DNA of 64,000 nt from an uncultured Gemmatimonadales bacterium (GCA_963708135.1 OY970192.1:2688001-2752000); one strand, 5' to 3'. Positions 1-10,244 are shown, counted from the first letter of the stretch. Translations and numbers: made by a program. Notes: generated by a model not told the origin, from the letters alone.

Positions 1-654
1 GAAATCGAGGAGCAAGAGGAGCGCCGGCAGCACGGCGGCGCTCTCCTTGGAGAGGAGCCCGAGGAGGTAGAGGGAGGCGGCGGCGGCCACGTCGCCTGGC
101 GTGGCGTGGGCGTCGGGGAGGCGCGTCCAGACGAGGCAGGCGCCCAGGACGGCGGCAGCGGCCATGAGCTCGGCGCGGCCGACGACGTTGGCCACGGCCT
201 CGACGTGGACGGGGTGCACGGCGAAGACGAGCGCGCCGAAGAGCGCGGGGCCGGCGGCGAAGAGGCGGAGGAGCAACCGGTAGGCGAGCCAGCAGACGGC
301 GAGGTGCCAGACCAGGTTCAGGAAGTGGAACCAGGGCGGACTGCCGCCGGAGACGGCCCAGTCGAGGGCGAAGGAGACGTTGGTCAGCGGGCGCCAGATT
401 CCGAGCCCGGTGGCGTGGGGCCCCCAGTACGGCTGGGTGAGCAGCTCGGGGATGCGGCCCAGGGAGTGGACGCGCGGGTCCCTCTCGATGATCGGCACGT
501 CGTCGTAGGCGAAGACGTTCCGGAGCGCGAGGGCGTACTGCGCGACGACCGCGAGCGCGAGCAGGAGCGCGGCGCGCGCGTCCGGGCCGAGCGCGCGGAG
601 CCGCGGCCGTGCGGGCGGCAGGTGCTTCGGCGCGGGGAGCGGGGCCTCAGTCAC
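1..654 (-). CDS. TMTC-like GT-C protein O-mannosyltransferase homolog, N-terminal part (runs off window start)
   Basis: Not in the ORF track; translated by hand from GTG at 654, which overlaps the stop of the upstream gene. Reads VTEAP...NVFAYDDVPII...WRPLTNVSFALDW...WFHFLNLVWH...HPVHVEAVANVVGRAEL...LLSKESAA. These motifs (YDD, RPL, FH..N..H, HP.H.EAV...VGRAEL, SKE) are typical of the TMTC family. Confidence 0.75.
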   Translation of the reverse strand, partial: MTEAPLPAPKHLPPARPRLRALGPDARAALLLALAVVAQYALALRNVFAYDDVPIIERDPRVHSLGRIPELLTQPYWGPHATGLGIWRPLTNVSFALDWAVSGGSPPWFHFLNLVWHLAVCWLAYRLLLRLFAAGPALFGALVFAVHPVHVEAVANVVGRAELMAAAAVLGACLVWTRLPDAHATPGDVAAAASLYLLGLLSKESAAVLPALLLLLDF

Positions 655-2326
655 GGATGTGGTAGAGGAACATGGTGTGGCCGAGCACGGTGTCCGGCTG
701 GACCCGGCGGAAGCGGGCGAACGGATCACCGGGCAGATAGACGCCCTGGAGATTGGTGGCGGAGATGGCCACCCAGCGCGGGTCGGGGCCGTGGCCCGGG
801 AGGGGCAGCAGGCGGAAAAAGCTCGGCAGGGGCAGGTAGTCGATGCCGTAGCCGGCGGGCTGCGCCGAGCCGAAATAGCTCAGGTACACGCGCGGGATCT
901 GGTGGGCGCGCATGAAGTCGCGGAGCTCGAGCAGGCCCTGCCCCCAGTCGAGGCTGGAGTCGATGAGCACCTCATCGCCACGGTCGCGGGAGGGCGCGTA
1001 GGCGCTGGTGAAGGCGATGTAGTCCGGGTAGAAGGACAGCGAGGAGGCGGCGTACCAGAGAGACACGAGGACGATTCCCGCCCTCAGCTCCCGCCCCGCG
1101 GAGCGCCAGAGGCGGAGCACGCCGGCGGCGATGACGATGCACGCGAGCGGCAGGAGCGGCAGCCCGTGCCGGAACCCGATCTCGAGGTGCGCGCGCAGCA
1201 GGAAGAAGAGGTAGACGGCGGCGCCGATGAGTGGTGCGCGGAGCGGCGAGGCGAGCGCCTTCCTCACGGCGACGCGGCCGGCCGCGCGCGCGGCGCCGAG
1301 GCGGCGGGCGAAGCCGAGCAGCGCGAGGGCGAGGAGCACGTGCAGCGCCACGGGCGTCTTCAACAGGAAGGCCACGGGGAAGAAGTACCAGAACCCGCCC
1401 ACGTGGCGGTGCCCGAGGAGGAAGGCCGGGATGCGCCCGTGGCCGAGGCGGGCGTGCCGGATGTTGAAGTTGAGCCCCCAGCGGAACTGCGCGAGGTGGA
1501 CGTCGCCGCGGAAGACGAGGACCAGGACCAGGTAGCTCGTGGCGAGCGCGACCGGCACGCCGACGGCGACGCGAAGCAGCCAGCGGCGGTCGAGCCCGCG
1601 CGAGAAGCCCTCGGCCAGGATGAGCAGGAGCGCGACGGGCGCGAGCGCGATGGCGCTGTACTTGACCCCCACGGCCAGGGTGACGGCGATGGCGGCCGCG
1701 ACGACGCGGCCGAGCGTGGGGCGGCGGGCGGCGCCGTCCAGCGCCCAGACGCCGAGCAGGAACGCGAGGGCGACGGGCACGTCGTTGTAGGAGATGCCGC
1801 CGTGGGCCAGCACATCCGGGAGGAAGGCGACGAGGCCGGCGGCGAGCAGCCCCTCCGCGGGGCCGAAGCGGCGGCGGGTGAAGGCGTAGGCGGCCACAAC
1901 GAGCAGGAGCGCGATGGCCGCGGCCACGAGGCGCGCCACGAAGGCGAGGCGCTCGGGGTCGTTGCCGACGCCCCAGTAGAACTGCTGGGCGTAGATGTAG
2001 CGGAAGTCGTAGCGCCAGCCGCCCGCCGGCTCCGCCGGGATGCGTGGATGGGTGAGGTAGACCGGCAGGCCATAGACGTACTGCATGAGCGGCGGATGGT
2101 CGAGCACCAGGTCGAACCGGCCGGTGGCGTAGCCGCGCGCGCCGGCGGAGGGGAGCAGGATCTCGTCGAAGGTGGTGGAGGTGTGCCGCATCGCGCCCAC
2201 GATGGCGACGCCGCACACGACGAGGATCAGCGCCAGCGCGGCCGCGTGGAGGCGCGGGCCGAGGCGAGCGGGAAGCCGCGGCCCGGCGGCGGCCGGGGCG
2301 TCGAGGACGACCCGCTCCTCCGTCAC
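647..2326 (-). CDS. GT-C (ArnT/PMT-like) integral membrane glycosyltransferase
   Basis: C-terminal part of ORF 647..3121; GTG start overlaps the upstream TGA. Motifs TFDE, HPPL, KYSA and DSSLDWGQ plus many TM segments. Confidence 0.8.
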   Translation of the reverse strand: MTEERVVLDAPAAAGPRLPARLGPRLHAAALALILVVCGVAIVGAMRHTSTTFDEILLPSAGARGYATGRFDLVLDHPPLMQYVYGLPVYLTHPRIPAEPAGGWRYDFRYIYAQQFYWGVGNDPERLAFVARLVAAAIALLLVVAAYAFTRRRFGPAEGLLAAGLVAFLPDVLAHGGISYNDVPVALAFLLGVWALDGAARRPTLGRVVAAAIAVTLAVGVKYSAIALAPVALLLILAEGFSRGLDRRWLLRVAVGVPVALATSYLVLVLVFRGDVHLAQFRWGLNFNIRHARLGHGRIPAFLLGHRHVGGFWYFFPVAFLLKTPVALHVLLALALLGFARRLGAARAAGRVAVRKALASPLRAPLIGAAVYLFFLLRAHLEIGFRHGLPLLPLACIVIAAGVLRLWRSAGRELRAGIVLVSLWYAASSLSFYPDYIAFTSAYAPSRDRGDEVLIDSSLDWGQGLLELRDFMRAHQIPRVYLSYFGSAQPAGYGIDYLPLPSFFRLLPLPGHGPDPRWVAISATNLQGVYLPGDPFARFRRVQPDTVLGHTMFLYHIRD

Positions 2327-3147
2327 CGGCGCTCCGCCTCCCTTCCCGGCCGCGGCGCGGCGGTCTCCCGCGCGCCCGCGGGGGCCGGGGAGCGGGCGCC
2401 GGGCCGGAGCGTCGTCCAGTAGATGGTGGCCACGCCGAGGAGGGCGCGCGCGTAGTCGCGGGAGCGGAGCTTGGAGCCGGCCACGTCGCGCCAGCGGACG
2501 AGCGGCATCTCGTAGACGACGCCCTCCGCGGGAGGCGCTCCGGCCGCGCGGCGCGCCACGATCATGCGCGCGAGGATCTCGACATCGAAGAGCCAGCGGG
2601 TGCGGAACGGCGCGGAAAAGACGTCGAGCATGGCCGGTGTGGCGCGGAACAGCTTGGCGCCGCACTGGGTGTCGTAGACGCGCATGCCGAGGATGAGGGA
2701 AATGGCGGTGGCGGAGAGGCGGCCCAGGTAGTGGCGCATGCGGCTTCGCTCGATCTGGCGGCCGAGCAGCTGGACGCGCGAGCCCATGGCCAGCTCGATG
2801 TGCGGGTGCAGGTCGAGCACGCGGCGGAAGTCCGCGAGCGCGTCGAGCGGGGTGGCGAGGTCCGCGTCCCAGAAGCCGACGTACCGGGGAAGCGCGCCCG
2901 CGGCGGTCAGGACGCCCTGCCGGACCGCCTCGGCCTTGCCGACGTTCTCGCGCAGCGCGAGCACGCTGAACCGGTCGGGCAGGCGCGCGGCGATCTCGCG
3001 CAGCAGGGTAAGCGTGGCGTCCCGGCTGCCATCGTCCACGAGCAGGAACGAGACGTCCGGCTGCGCGCGGGCGAACGCCTCGAGGGTGGACGCATCCAGG
3101 CGCTCGGCCTCGTTGTAGCACGGGACGACGATGGTGACCTCAGGCAT
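2323..3147 (-). CDS. DPM1-like GT2 (polyprenol-phosphate hexosyltransferase)
   Basis: MPEVTIVVPCYNE, VDDGS, GKAEAVRQG, DADL, DTQCGAKLFR, FDVEIL. Confidence 0.85.
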   Translation of the reverse strand: MPEVTIVVPCYNEAERLDASTLEAFARAQPDVSFLLVDDGSRDATLTLLREIAARLPDRFSVLALRENVGKAEAVRQGVLTAAGALPRYVGFWDADLATPLDALADFRRVLDLHPHIELAMGSRVQLLGRQIERSRMRHYLGRLSATAISLILGMRVYDTQCGAKLFRATPAMLDVFSAPFRTRWLFDVEILARMIVARRAAGAPPAEGVVYEMPLVRWRDVAGSKLRSRDYARALLGVATIYWTTLRPGARSPAPAGARETAAPRPGREAERR

Positions 3148-3997
3148 GCTCCGCTCCGGGCCCGCCGACGGCGGCGGGGTCGTGGAGGTCGGGCGCGATG
3201 GTGGAGGGCCGCTCGCGCGGGCGAATCTCCCCGGCCTCGCGGCGCAGCAGCGCGACGAGGCTGACGCCCGCACGATACCCGCAGACGCGGTGTCCGTTCA
3301 GGGTGTCGAGCAGCACGCCGGCCTCGGCGCCGAATACGCGCTCCAGCGCGGCGTTGAGCGGCGCGGGCGGCAGCGAGAGGTCGGTCCCGGCGCGGCCGCT
3401 GGCGTGGCCGCGCAGCCGGCCGAGGGCGCGCACCGTCCGCACGACGGGGTACAGGCGGGTGTTGAAGTAGGAGAGGAGCAGCGGCCGTACGGGCAGCCCG
3501 TCCCAGACGGCGGCCAGACGCGCGGCATCGTAGCGGCGGTAGTGGCCGAAGCTCACGTCGTGCTGGCTCCACAGCCGCTCATCCGCGGGAACGGTGATGA
3601 GCACGTGCGCGCCCGGGCGCGTGCGCGAGAGCACGTCGGAGACGAGCGCGAAATCGTCGGGGACGTGCTCGATCACGTCCATGAAGAGGAGCATCGAGGC
3701 CTCCTCGACGTCCTCCTCGATGTCGGCGGGGGCGAAGCCGTGGACGAAGCGGACGCCGGGAAAGCGCTCGCGGGCGAAGGCGATGGCGTCGTCCGAGGTG
3801 TCGATCCCCACGCAGCGATAGCCGTCCGCGAGGGCGGCGATGTTGGCGCCCGTTCCGCAGCCGACATCCACGACGAGGGCCCCCTCATCCGGCGGCACGG
3901 CGGCACGGACGAGGCGCGCCATGATGCGGCGGCGGCCGGCGAACCACCAGTGGCGCGCCTCCAGCTCGGCGTGCAGGCGGAACAGGTCGGGCCTCAT
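3140..3997 (-). CDS. class I SAM-dependent methyltransferase
   Basis: MRPDLFRLHAELEARHWWF, VDVGCGTG motif I, DVIEH, HYRRY; ATGA overlap with upstream gene. Confidence 0.85.
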   Translation of the reverse strand: MRPDLFRLHAELEARHWWFAGRRRIMARLVRAAVPPDEGALVVDVGCGTGANIAALADGYRCVGIDTSDDAIAFARERFPGVRFVHGFAPADIEEDVEEASMLLFMDVIEHVPDDFALVSDVLSRTRPGAHVLITVPADERLWSQHDVSFGHYRRYDAARLAAVWDGLPVRPLLLSYFNTRLYPVVRTVRALGRLRGHASGRAGTDLSLPPAPLNAALERVFGAEAGVLLDTLNGHRVCGYRAGVSLVALLRREAGEIRPRERPSTIAPDLHDPAAVGGPGAEHA

Positions 3998-5829
3998 GGG
4001 CCTGCTTCCGGGCCGAACGTGCCCACGGCATACTGGTCGTGGATGGCGGTGACCTCGAGCTTCCACGCATGCGCCGCCGCCGTTCCCGCGCCCAGGTGCA
4101 GCAGCAGGAAGGCGCGCGGCATCCGCGCGCGCGGCAGCGGCGCGGGGTTCACCGTAGAGAACACGAGCCAGCGGGTGTCCACCGCTCCCGCGTAGCGCAT
4201 GACGCGCTCGAGCGACGCGGTGGGCAGCACGCGCCAGTCGCGGTCGGCCCAGACGGCCACGGCCGGGCTCCAGCTCATGACCGGCTCGTCTGGCGGCACC
4301 ATGCCGCGCAGCGCGACACCCACCTCGTGGTTGACCTTCGCCACGACCTGCCCCACCGACCCGACGGTGAGCGAGAGATAGAGCCGGCGCGCGTCCGTGC
4401 CGAGGAGGATGAGGAGCGTCACGGCGACGACGAGCCGCCGCTGGAAGCCGCGCTCGACCTCGAGCCCGCGCGAGCGCCGCCGGAGCTCCACGGCGCCGAG
4501 CCGGAGCCCGCGCGCCGCGTACCAGGCGAGGGCCGGCGCGAGGATGATCTGGGTGCGCGGATCGATGGCCACGAGCAAGCCGATGGCCACGGCCGTCACG
4601 GCGAGCGGGGCGAAGGCGACGAGCTCGCGGCGCCGGCCGTGTCCGGGCGCGAGCACGCCGGCCAGGATGAAGGGCCAGAGGAACCACGGCGCGACGACGC
4701 CCATGGCGCGGATGAAGTAGAGCGCGCGCTGGAGGAGGACGGGCGTGCTGGACGCGGCGGCGCGTGGCGCGGCGGACGCCAGGACCCCGGGCGCGGCGGG
4801 CAGGGGTCTGTCGGCGCGGACAACCGCGCCGGCGCTTCGCTCGCCCGACGAACGAGACGCCTCCCTCGGCGGCACGCCCCAGTAGGCGTTGGCCATGCGC
4901 GTGTCGGAGGGGTCGAGCCGGTACAGCTGCCGTGCGTAGGGGTGGTCCTCGCCCTCCCAGAGCATCTGCTCGATCGTCCGCTCGCCGGTGGTGGCGCCCT
5001 CCGTGGCGGTGCGGGCCACGGCGTGGATGCCCACCGCCACGCCGCGCCCGGTGAGGGCCCAGCGGCCGAGCGCGTCGTGAAGGTAGAGGAAGTAGGGCGC
5101 CGTGACGAGGCCGAAGACCGCGCCCAGGAGCACGAGCCGGGCGGCGCGGCCGAGCACGGCGCGGCGGCGGCGCGCCGCGAGGCCGAGGCTCGCCGCGGCC
5201 ACGAGGGCGGCGGCGAGGATCGCCTCCGGCCGGTCGAGGAAGGCGAGCCCGAAGGCGCCGCCCGCCAGCGCCCACCGTCCCCAGCCGTCGCCCGCGGCGA
5301 GGACGAGCGCGATCCCGGTGAGAAGGAACAGGTAGCCGAGCGGCCCGGCGCCGACCCAGAGGTCCCAGCCGATCCAGTACGGGGCGACGAAGGGCGCGAG
5401 CGAGGGGAGCACGGCCACCATGCCGCAGGAGATGAGCGCCGTGCGGCGGCCGGCCAGGCGGCGGAAGATGCTCCAGCAGGGGAGCACCAGCAGCCCCGAG
5501 GCGACGGCGGCGACGATCCGGCCGCCCCACACCAGGCTGCCGACCAGGCGGGCGACCCCGCCGGCGGCGATCGGGAACAGCGGGGAGAGCGCCGTGTGGC
5601 GCAGCCCCGAGAGCGTGTAGCCGTGCCCGGCCCAGAGGCTGCGCGCCAGCAGCAGGTACCACCCCTCGTCGAAGGCGATGTAGTCCCCGCGCCCGAGGAA
5701 GAGGAGCAGGCGGAGCAGGATGGCGAGCGCGGCGATGGCGAGCGCCGGATGGCGGGCCAGAGCGCGCCTCCACCCGGGAGGCGTAGCGGCGGCGCTCCCG
5801 TGCGGCAGGGTCACGGGATGCCCGATCAC
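3994..5829 (-). CDS. GT-C (ArnT/PMT-like) membrane glycosyltransferase
   Basis: GTG start overlapping the upstream stop; FDEGWY in the first loop, PLFP, RPE motif, multiple TM helices. Confidence 0.75.
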   Translation of the reverse strand: MIGHPVTLPHGSAAATPPGWRRALARHPALAIAALAILLRLLLFLGRGDYIAFDEGWYLLLARSLWAGHGYTLSGLRHTALSPLFPIAAGGVARLVGSLVWGGRIVAAVASGLLVLPCWSIFRRLAGRRTALISCGMVAVLPSLAPFVAPYWIGWDLWVGAGPLGYLFLLTGIALVLAAGDGWGRWALAGGAFGLAFLDRPEAILAAALVAAASLGLAARRRRAVLGRAARLVLLGAVFGLVTAPYFLYLHDALGRWALTGRGVAVGIHAVARTATEGATTGERTIEQMLWEGEDHPYARQLYRLDPSDTRMANAYWGVPPREASRSSGERSAGAVVRADRPLPAAPGVLASAAPRAAASSTPVLLQRALYFIRAMGVVAPWFLWPFILAGVLAPGHGRRRELVAFAPLAVTAVAIGLLVAIDPRTQIILAPALAWYAARGLRLGAVELRRRSRGLEVERGFQRRLVVAVTLLILLGTDARRLYLSLTVGSVGQVVAKVNHEVGVALRGMVPPDEPVMSWSPAVAVWADRDWRVLPTASLERVMRYAGAVDTRWLVFSTVNPAPLPRARMPRAFLLLHLGAGTAAAHAWKLEVTAIHDQYAVGTFGPEAGP

Positions 5830-7058
5830 GAGGCCCTCCCGACGCTCGGGACCGCGGCGGCCGGAGGGGCTTCGGCCCTGCCGCCGAGGGCTTCCGCGAG
5901 CACGCCCTCGAGCACGCGGATCGAGTGGGGCCAGTCCCATTCGGCGCGCACGGCCCCGGCGGCCGCGCGGCCGACCGCGTCGGCCCCGGCGGGGGCGGCG
6001 AGGAGCGCGCGCAGGCGGGCGGCGAAGCGCGCCTCGTCGCGCGGCTCGAGGAACCCGGTCCGGCCATCCACCACGGTCTCGGGGATGCCGCCCTCCCGGA
6101 CGGCGAGGACGGGACGGCCGCAGGCCATGGCCTCGAGCGGGACGAGCCCGAGCGGCTCGCGGTGGGGCGCGTAGAGCACCACGCGCGCGCCGCGGTAGTG
6201 GGAGACCAGGTCGTCCTCGCTGGCGCCCAAAATCAACTGGAGGGCCACCCCGGCCCGCCCGGCGAGCCGCTCGATCCGGAGCCGCTCGGCCGCGCGGGCG
6301 CGGTCGCTCACGACCCGCAGCGGCGGCCGATCCGCCGGCGCCAGGCGGCCGAGGGCGCCGATCAGGAAGTCGATCCCCTTGAGCGGGTGCAGCGCGCCCA
6401 CGGTGAGGACGTAGTCCCCCGCGGGCCCGGCGCCGGGGGTGAAGCGGGCCGCGTCCACGCCGGGATAGGCCACGCGCGCCGTGCGTCCGTAGACGGCGCG
6501 GACGGCGCCGGCCGTGAAGCGCGAGTTCGAGGCGATGACGGCGGCGGCACGCGCCTGCGCCCGGTCCGTCCGGGCGAGGGTCAGGCGGAGCGCGAGCCGC
6601 ACGGGCAGGCGGGCGATCCGCGGCTCCCGGGCGGCGCGGAGCGGCTCGTGGCAGTAGTAGACGGCCGGCGTGGCCAGCGCGCCGAGGACCCACGGGGCCT
6701 GGGTGAAGCGGCTCGGGTGGACGAGCACGACGTCGTACCCCCCGCAGTCGATCGCGCCGGCGATCCGGCGCTCGAGACGTCGCATGGAGGCGAGGAAGGC
6801 GAGCCAGCGCGGCGCGTCGAGGGGCGCCGGCAGACCGGCGAGCATCCGCTCGCGGTCCGGCGGCTCGGGGTGCGGGAAGACGTGGACGCCACGTGCCACC
6901 TCCCTGAGCGGCCGGAAGCGCTCCTCGGCCGTGCCGGGGACGAAGACATCGACCGTGTGGCCGCGCGCGGCGAGCCCGGCGACCTGCTCGTAGACGACGC
7001 GCTTGGCGCCGCCGGAGGGCAGGTTGTGGTAGACGGCGATGCGGAGGGGATCACTCAT
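5826..7058 (-). CDS. GT4 glycosyltransferase
   Basis: MSDPLRIAVYHNLPSGGAKR, YPGVD, KGID, EPLGLVPLEAMACG. Confidence 0.9.
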   Translation of the reverse strand: MSDPLRIAVYHNLPSGGAKRVVYEQVAGLAARGHTVDVFVPGTAEERFRPLREVARGVHVFPHPEPPDRERMLAGLPAPLDAPRWLAFLASMRRLERRIAGAIDCGGYDVVLVHPSRFTQAPWVLGALATPAVYYCHEPLRAAREPRIARLPVRLALRLTLARTDRAQARAAAVIASNSRFTAGAVRAVYGRTARVAYPGVDAARFTPGAGPAGDYVLTVGALHPLKGIDFLIGALGRLAPADRPPLRVVSDRARAAERLRIERLAGRAGVALQLILGASEDDLVSHYRGARVVLYAPHREPLGLVPLEAMACGRPVLAVREGGIPETVVDGRTGFLEPRDEARFAARLRALLAAPAGADAVGRAAAGAVRAEWDWPHSIRVLEGVLAEALGGRAEAPPAAAVPSVGRAS

Positions 7059-7138
7059 GGGCCCGGCTCCGGATAGGGGCGGGCCAGGGGCGCGTGCGAC
7101 CTTGCACGCGTCGCTTTCGGCCGGGTAGCTTTGGCCGG

Positions 7139-8380
7139 ATGAACCTCCCGGACAGCGCTTCCCCACGTCCTCTGCGCATCGCACAGGTCAGCTCCTTCTA
7201 CGCTCCTGCGAGGATCGGCGGCGCGGAGGTCTTCATCGAGGCGCTCGCGCAAGAGCTCGCCGCCCGCGGGCACAGCCTGGAGGTGTTCTGCACGGGCGAG
7301 CGCGAAGTGGACGAGGAAATGGACGGCATCGGGGTGCACCGGCGCCGCAACCGCAACCTGTACTGGCCGCCTACGGCCGGGGCTCCCTCCGCCGTGCGCC
7401 GGACGGCGTGGCAGCTGCGCGACCTGCACAACCCGGCCGCGGCCGCCGCGGCCGTGCGCGCTCTCGTGCGCTTCGAGCCGGACCTCGTGCACCTGCACCA
7501 GGTGGGCGGGCTGTCCTCGGCGCTCTACGGCGCGCTGCGGCGCGAGCTGCCGGGCGTCCCCGTCGTGCAGACGCTGCACGACTTCTGGCACGCTTGCGTG
7601 CGGCAGACGCTGCTCCACGACGGCCGCATCTGCACGCGACGCTGCGCGCCTTGCGTCGCCCGCGGGATGGTCACGCTGCGGGCGGCGCGGAGCGTCGATC
7701 GCTTCGTCTCGCCCTCGCATTTCCTCGCCGAGTGGTACGGCACGCGCGGGCTGCTTGCGGCGCACCGGTTCGAGGTGATCCCGTGCGGGATCCGCGTGCC
7801 CGTCGCGCCGGCCGAGGTTCGGGCGCACCGCGCGGCGCGGCGGCCGGGTCGCGTCCGGGCGCTCTTCCTGGGACAGCTGGTGCCGCACAAGGGGATCCGG
7901 ACGCTGCTGGAGGCGGCCCGCCGGGCTGGTGCCGCGTCCGTCGAGATCACGATCGCGGGCGCGGGTCCGCTCGAGGCGGAGGTGCGGGCCGCGCCGGACG
8001 TCCGGTTCGTGGGCCGCCTCGCCGGCGAGGAGAAGCGGCGCGCGCTGCTCGAGGCGGACGTGCTCGTCGTGCCGTCGGAATGGTACGAGAACCTCCCGAT
8101 CTCGGTGCTGGAAGGGCTTCATCACGGCCTCGCCATCGTGGCCAGCGGGATGGGCGGCCTGCCGGAGCTCGTCGCGCCGGGCGAGAACGGGTTGCTCGTG
8201 CCTCCGGCCGATCCCGACGCCCTGGCGGACGCCCTCGCGCGGGTGTCCTCGGGCGAGGAGGCGCTTCTCGGGTGGCAGCGCGCATCCCTGGAACGGGCGT
8301 CCGGCTTCACGATCGAGCACTCCGCGGAGCGATACCTCTCACTGTACCGCGCGCTGGGCGCGGGGCGGAGCCGGGGCTGA
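7139..8380 (+). CDS. GT4 glycosyltransferase
   Basis: GGAE, TLHDFW, HKG, PSEWYENLPISVLEG; the only plus-strand gene in the cluster. Confidence 0.9.
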   Translation: MNLPDSASPRPLRIAQVSSFYAPARIGGAEVFIEALAQELAARGHSLEVFCTGEREVDEEMDGIGVHRRRNRNLYWPPTAGAPSAVRRTAWQLRDLHNPAAAAAAVRALVRFEPDLVHLHQVGGLSSALYGALRRELPGVPVVQTLHDFWHACVRQTLLHDGRICTRRCAPCVARGMVTLRAARSVDRFVSPSHFLAEWYGTRGLLAAHRFEVIPCGIRVPVAPAEVRAHRAARRPGRVRALFLGQLVPHKGIRTLLEAARRAGAASVEITIAGAGPLEAEVRAAPDVRFVGRLAGEEKRRALLEADVLVVPSEWYENLPISVLEGLHHGLAIVASGMGGLPELVAPGENGLLVPPADPDALADALARVSSGEEALLGWQRASLERASGFTIEHSAERYLSLYRALGAGRSRG

Positions 8381-9290
8381 CGCTCGCCTCCCACAGGCGG
8401 ATCCCGAGGAGGTAGGCGCCGCGGCCGAGGTGCGCGGCCGCCGCCTTGAGCAGGCGCCGCGGCGCCGGATCGAGGCGCAGGGCAAGGCGCAGGGCGGCGC
8501 GGCCGCGGCGGGCAGAGCCGCGCAGGATCTGCTCGTGGGCGACCGCCTCGTGCAGGTCCGCCCGCGCCACGCGCCCGGGGGTCGGCAGGGCGGCCGCGGC
8601 GCGCTCCAGCAGGCGTTCGCACGCACTCGCCATCGCGGGGCGGCGCGAAAGCAGGCTGCCGGGCGTGCGGAAGACGCGCGCCACCGGCCCCGGCACGTGG
8701 TGGAGACCGCCGGCCGCAGCGAGGCGGATCCAGAGGTCCCAGTCCTCGAGGGCGGGGAGCTCCTCGTCGAAGCAGCCCGCGCAGACGAGCGCCTCGCGCC
8801 GGACCAGCACGCACGGGACGCCGATGAAGTTGCCGCGCAGGAGCCGCCGGAGGGCGGCGTGCCCGTCGCGCGCATTCGCCCCGACGCGGCGCTCGCGGCC
8901 GTCGGTGCCGACCACGATCATCGGGCTGTACACGAGCGCCGCCTCCGGGCAGACACGGAAGCCGGCGAGCTGCCGCTCCAGCTTGTCCGGCAGCCACAGG
9001 TCATCGTCATCGTTGAAGGCGACGTACTCGCCGCGCGCGCCCTCGATCCCCCGGTTCCTCGCCCCCGCGAGCCCGGCGCGGCGGGGCAGGCGCAGGATGC
9101 GCACGCGGGGGTCCGCCGCCGCGAGCGCGGCCATCGCCTCCGGCGTGGCGTCGTCGGACGCATCGTCGACGAGGATCAGCTCCAGGTCGGCGGCGCTCTG
9201 GGCGAGCACGCTGCGGGCGGAGGCCGGCAGGAGCGCGGCGCGGTTGCGGGTCGCGATCACGACGGAGACGAGCGGTCCCGGAGCGGGCAC
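8307..9290 (-). CDS. GT2 glycosyltransferase
   Basis: GGAGG RBS then GTG; LVSVVIATRNR, VDDAS, ARNRG, FNDDDD, EDWDLW. Confidence 0.85.
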   Translation of the reverse strand: MPAPGPLVSVVIATRNRAALLPASARSVLAQSAADLELILVDDASDDATPEAMAALAAADPRVRILRLPRRAGLAGARNRGIEGARGEYVAFNDDDDLWLPDKLERQLAGFRVCPEAALVYSPMIVVGTDGRERRVGANARDGHAALRRLLRGNFIGVPCVLVRREALVCAGCFDEELPALEDWDLWIRLAAAGGLHHVPGPVARVFRTPGSLLSRRPAMASACERLLERAAAALPTPGRVARADLHEAVAHEQILRGSARRGRAALRLALRLDPAPRRLLKAAAAHLGRGAYLLGIRLWEASVSPGSAPRPARGTVRGIAPRSARS

Positions 9291-9292
9291 GG

Positions 9293-10244
9293 CTACGCCT
9301 CCGCTCGGCGGGGCGCCGCGTGGGCGGCGGCAGCCAGGTAGACGCGTGGACCGGCGAGGCCGCAGACCAGCGAGGCGAGCCCGCGCCAGGACGGCTCCAG
9401 CCCGAGCGAGCGCGCGAGCGAGGCGACGGCCGGCGCGTAGGCGCCCTCGCACATGAGCGTGTGCGCCACGCCGCGCAACACGAGCGAGCGCCGGTGCCGG
9501 TTCATCCCCGGCTCTCGGGCGTACTTGCCGCGCAGGATCTCGCCGGCGCGCACGAGCGCGTCCGTGCGGGTGGAGATGCCGCCGGCCAGCCAGCGGGTCG
9601 TGACCAGCGGCTCCGGCACGTACGCGAAGCCGCCGAGGCCCCAGAGGCGCAGCCAGAGGTCGAAGTCCTGGAGCCGCGGCAGCGCCTCGTCGAAGCCGCC
9701 CGCGCGCAGCAGCGCGTCGCGCCGGATGAGGAACGCGAACGGCCCGGGCAGGCCGTGCTTAAACAGGGCATCCTCGAAGCCGTCCGCGCCGGGTGGCAGG
9801 GTGCCGATCGTGCTCTCGCCACCGTCGCGCCCGACGACGAGGACGGGCGAGAAGCCGGCCACGTCGGTGGGGCCGACGCTGGCGAGCTGCCGCTCCAGCT
9901 TCTCCGGCACCCAGATGCAGTCGTCATCGCTGAACGCCACCCACACGCCGCTGCTCGCCGCGATGCCGCGGTTGCGAGCCGCCGCGGCACCGACACCGCG
10001 GTCGAGCCGCTCGAGGCGGACGCGCGCGTCGTCGCGGGCCAGCCGCGCCAGCCGGTCCGGCGTGTCGTCCGAGGAATGCATCGTCGACCACCACGACCTC
10101 CAGCCGCTCGTGCGTCTGGCCCAGCACGGACCGGAGCGTGCGCTCAAGCAGCGCCGCCCGGTCGCGCGTGGGGATCACGACCGAGACGAGCGGCACGACC
10201 GCCACGGGGCCGGCCCCCGCGGAGCGCGTGAACGCCGCCGTCAT
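9293..10244 (-). pseudogene. GT2 glycosyltransferase interrupted by a +1 frameshift near 10075 (possibly a sequencing error)
   Basis: The N-terminus (LVSVVIPTRDR...VVVVDDA) is in one frame and the continuation (SSDDTPD...ARNRG...FSDDDC...QDFDLW) in another. Minus strand reads GATGCATTCCTCGGAC, with one extra T versus GAT GCA TCC TCG GAC. Confidence 0.8.

Noticed and set aside
10070..10082. Programmed frameshift or phase-variation site
   Set aside because: No slippery heptamer or long homopolymer; a simple indel is more parsimonious.
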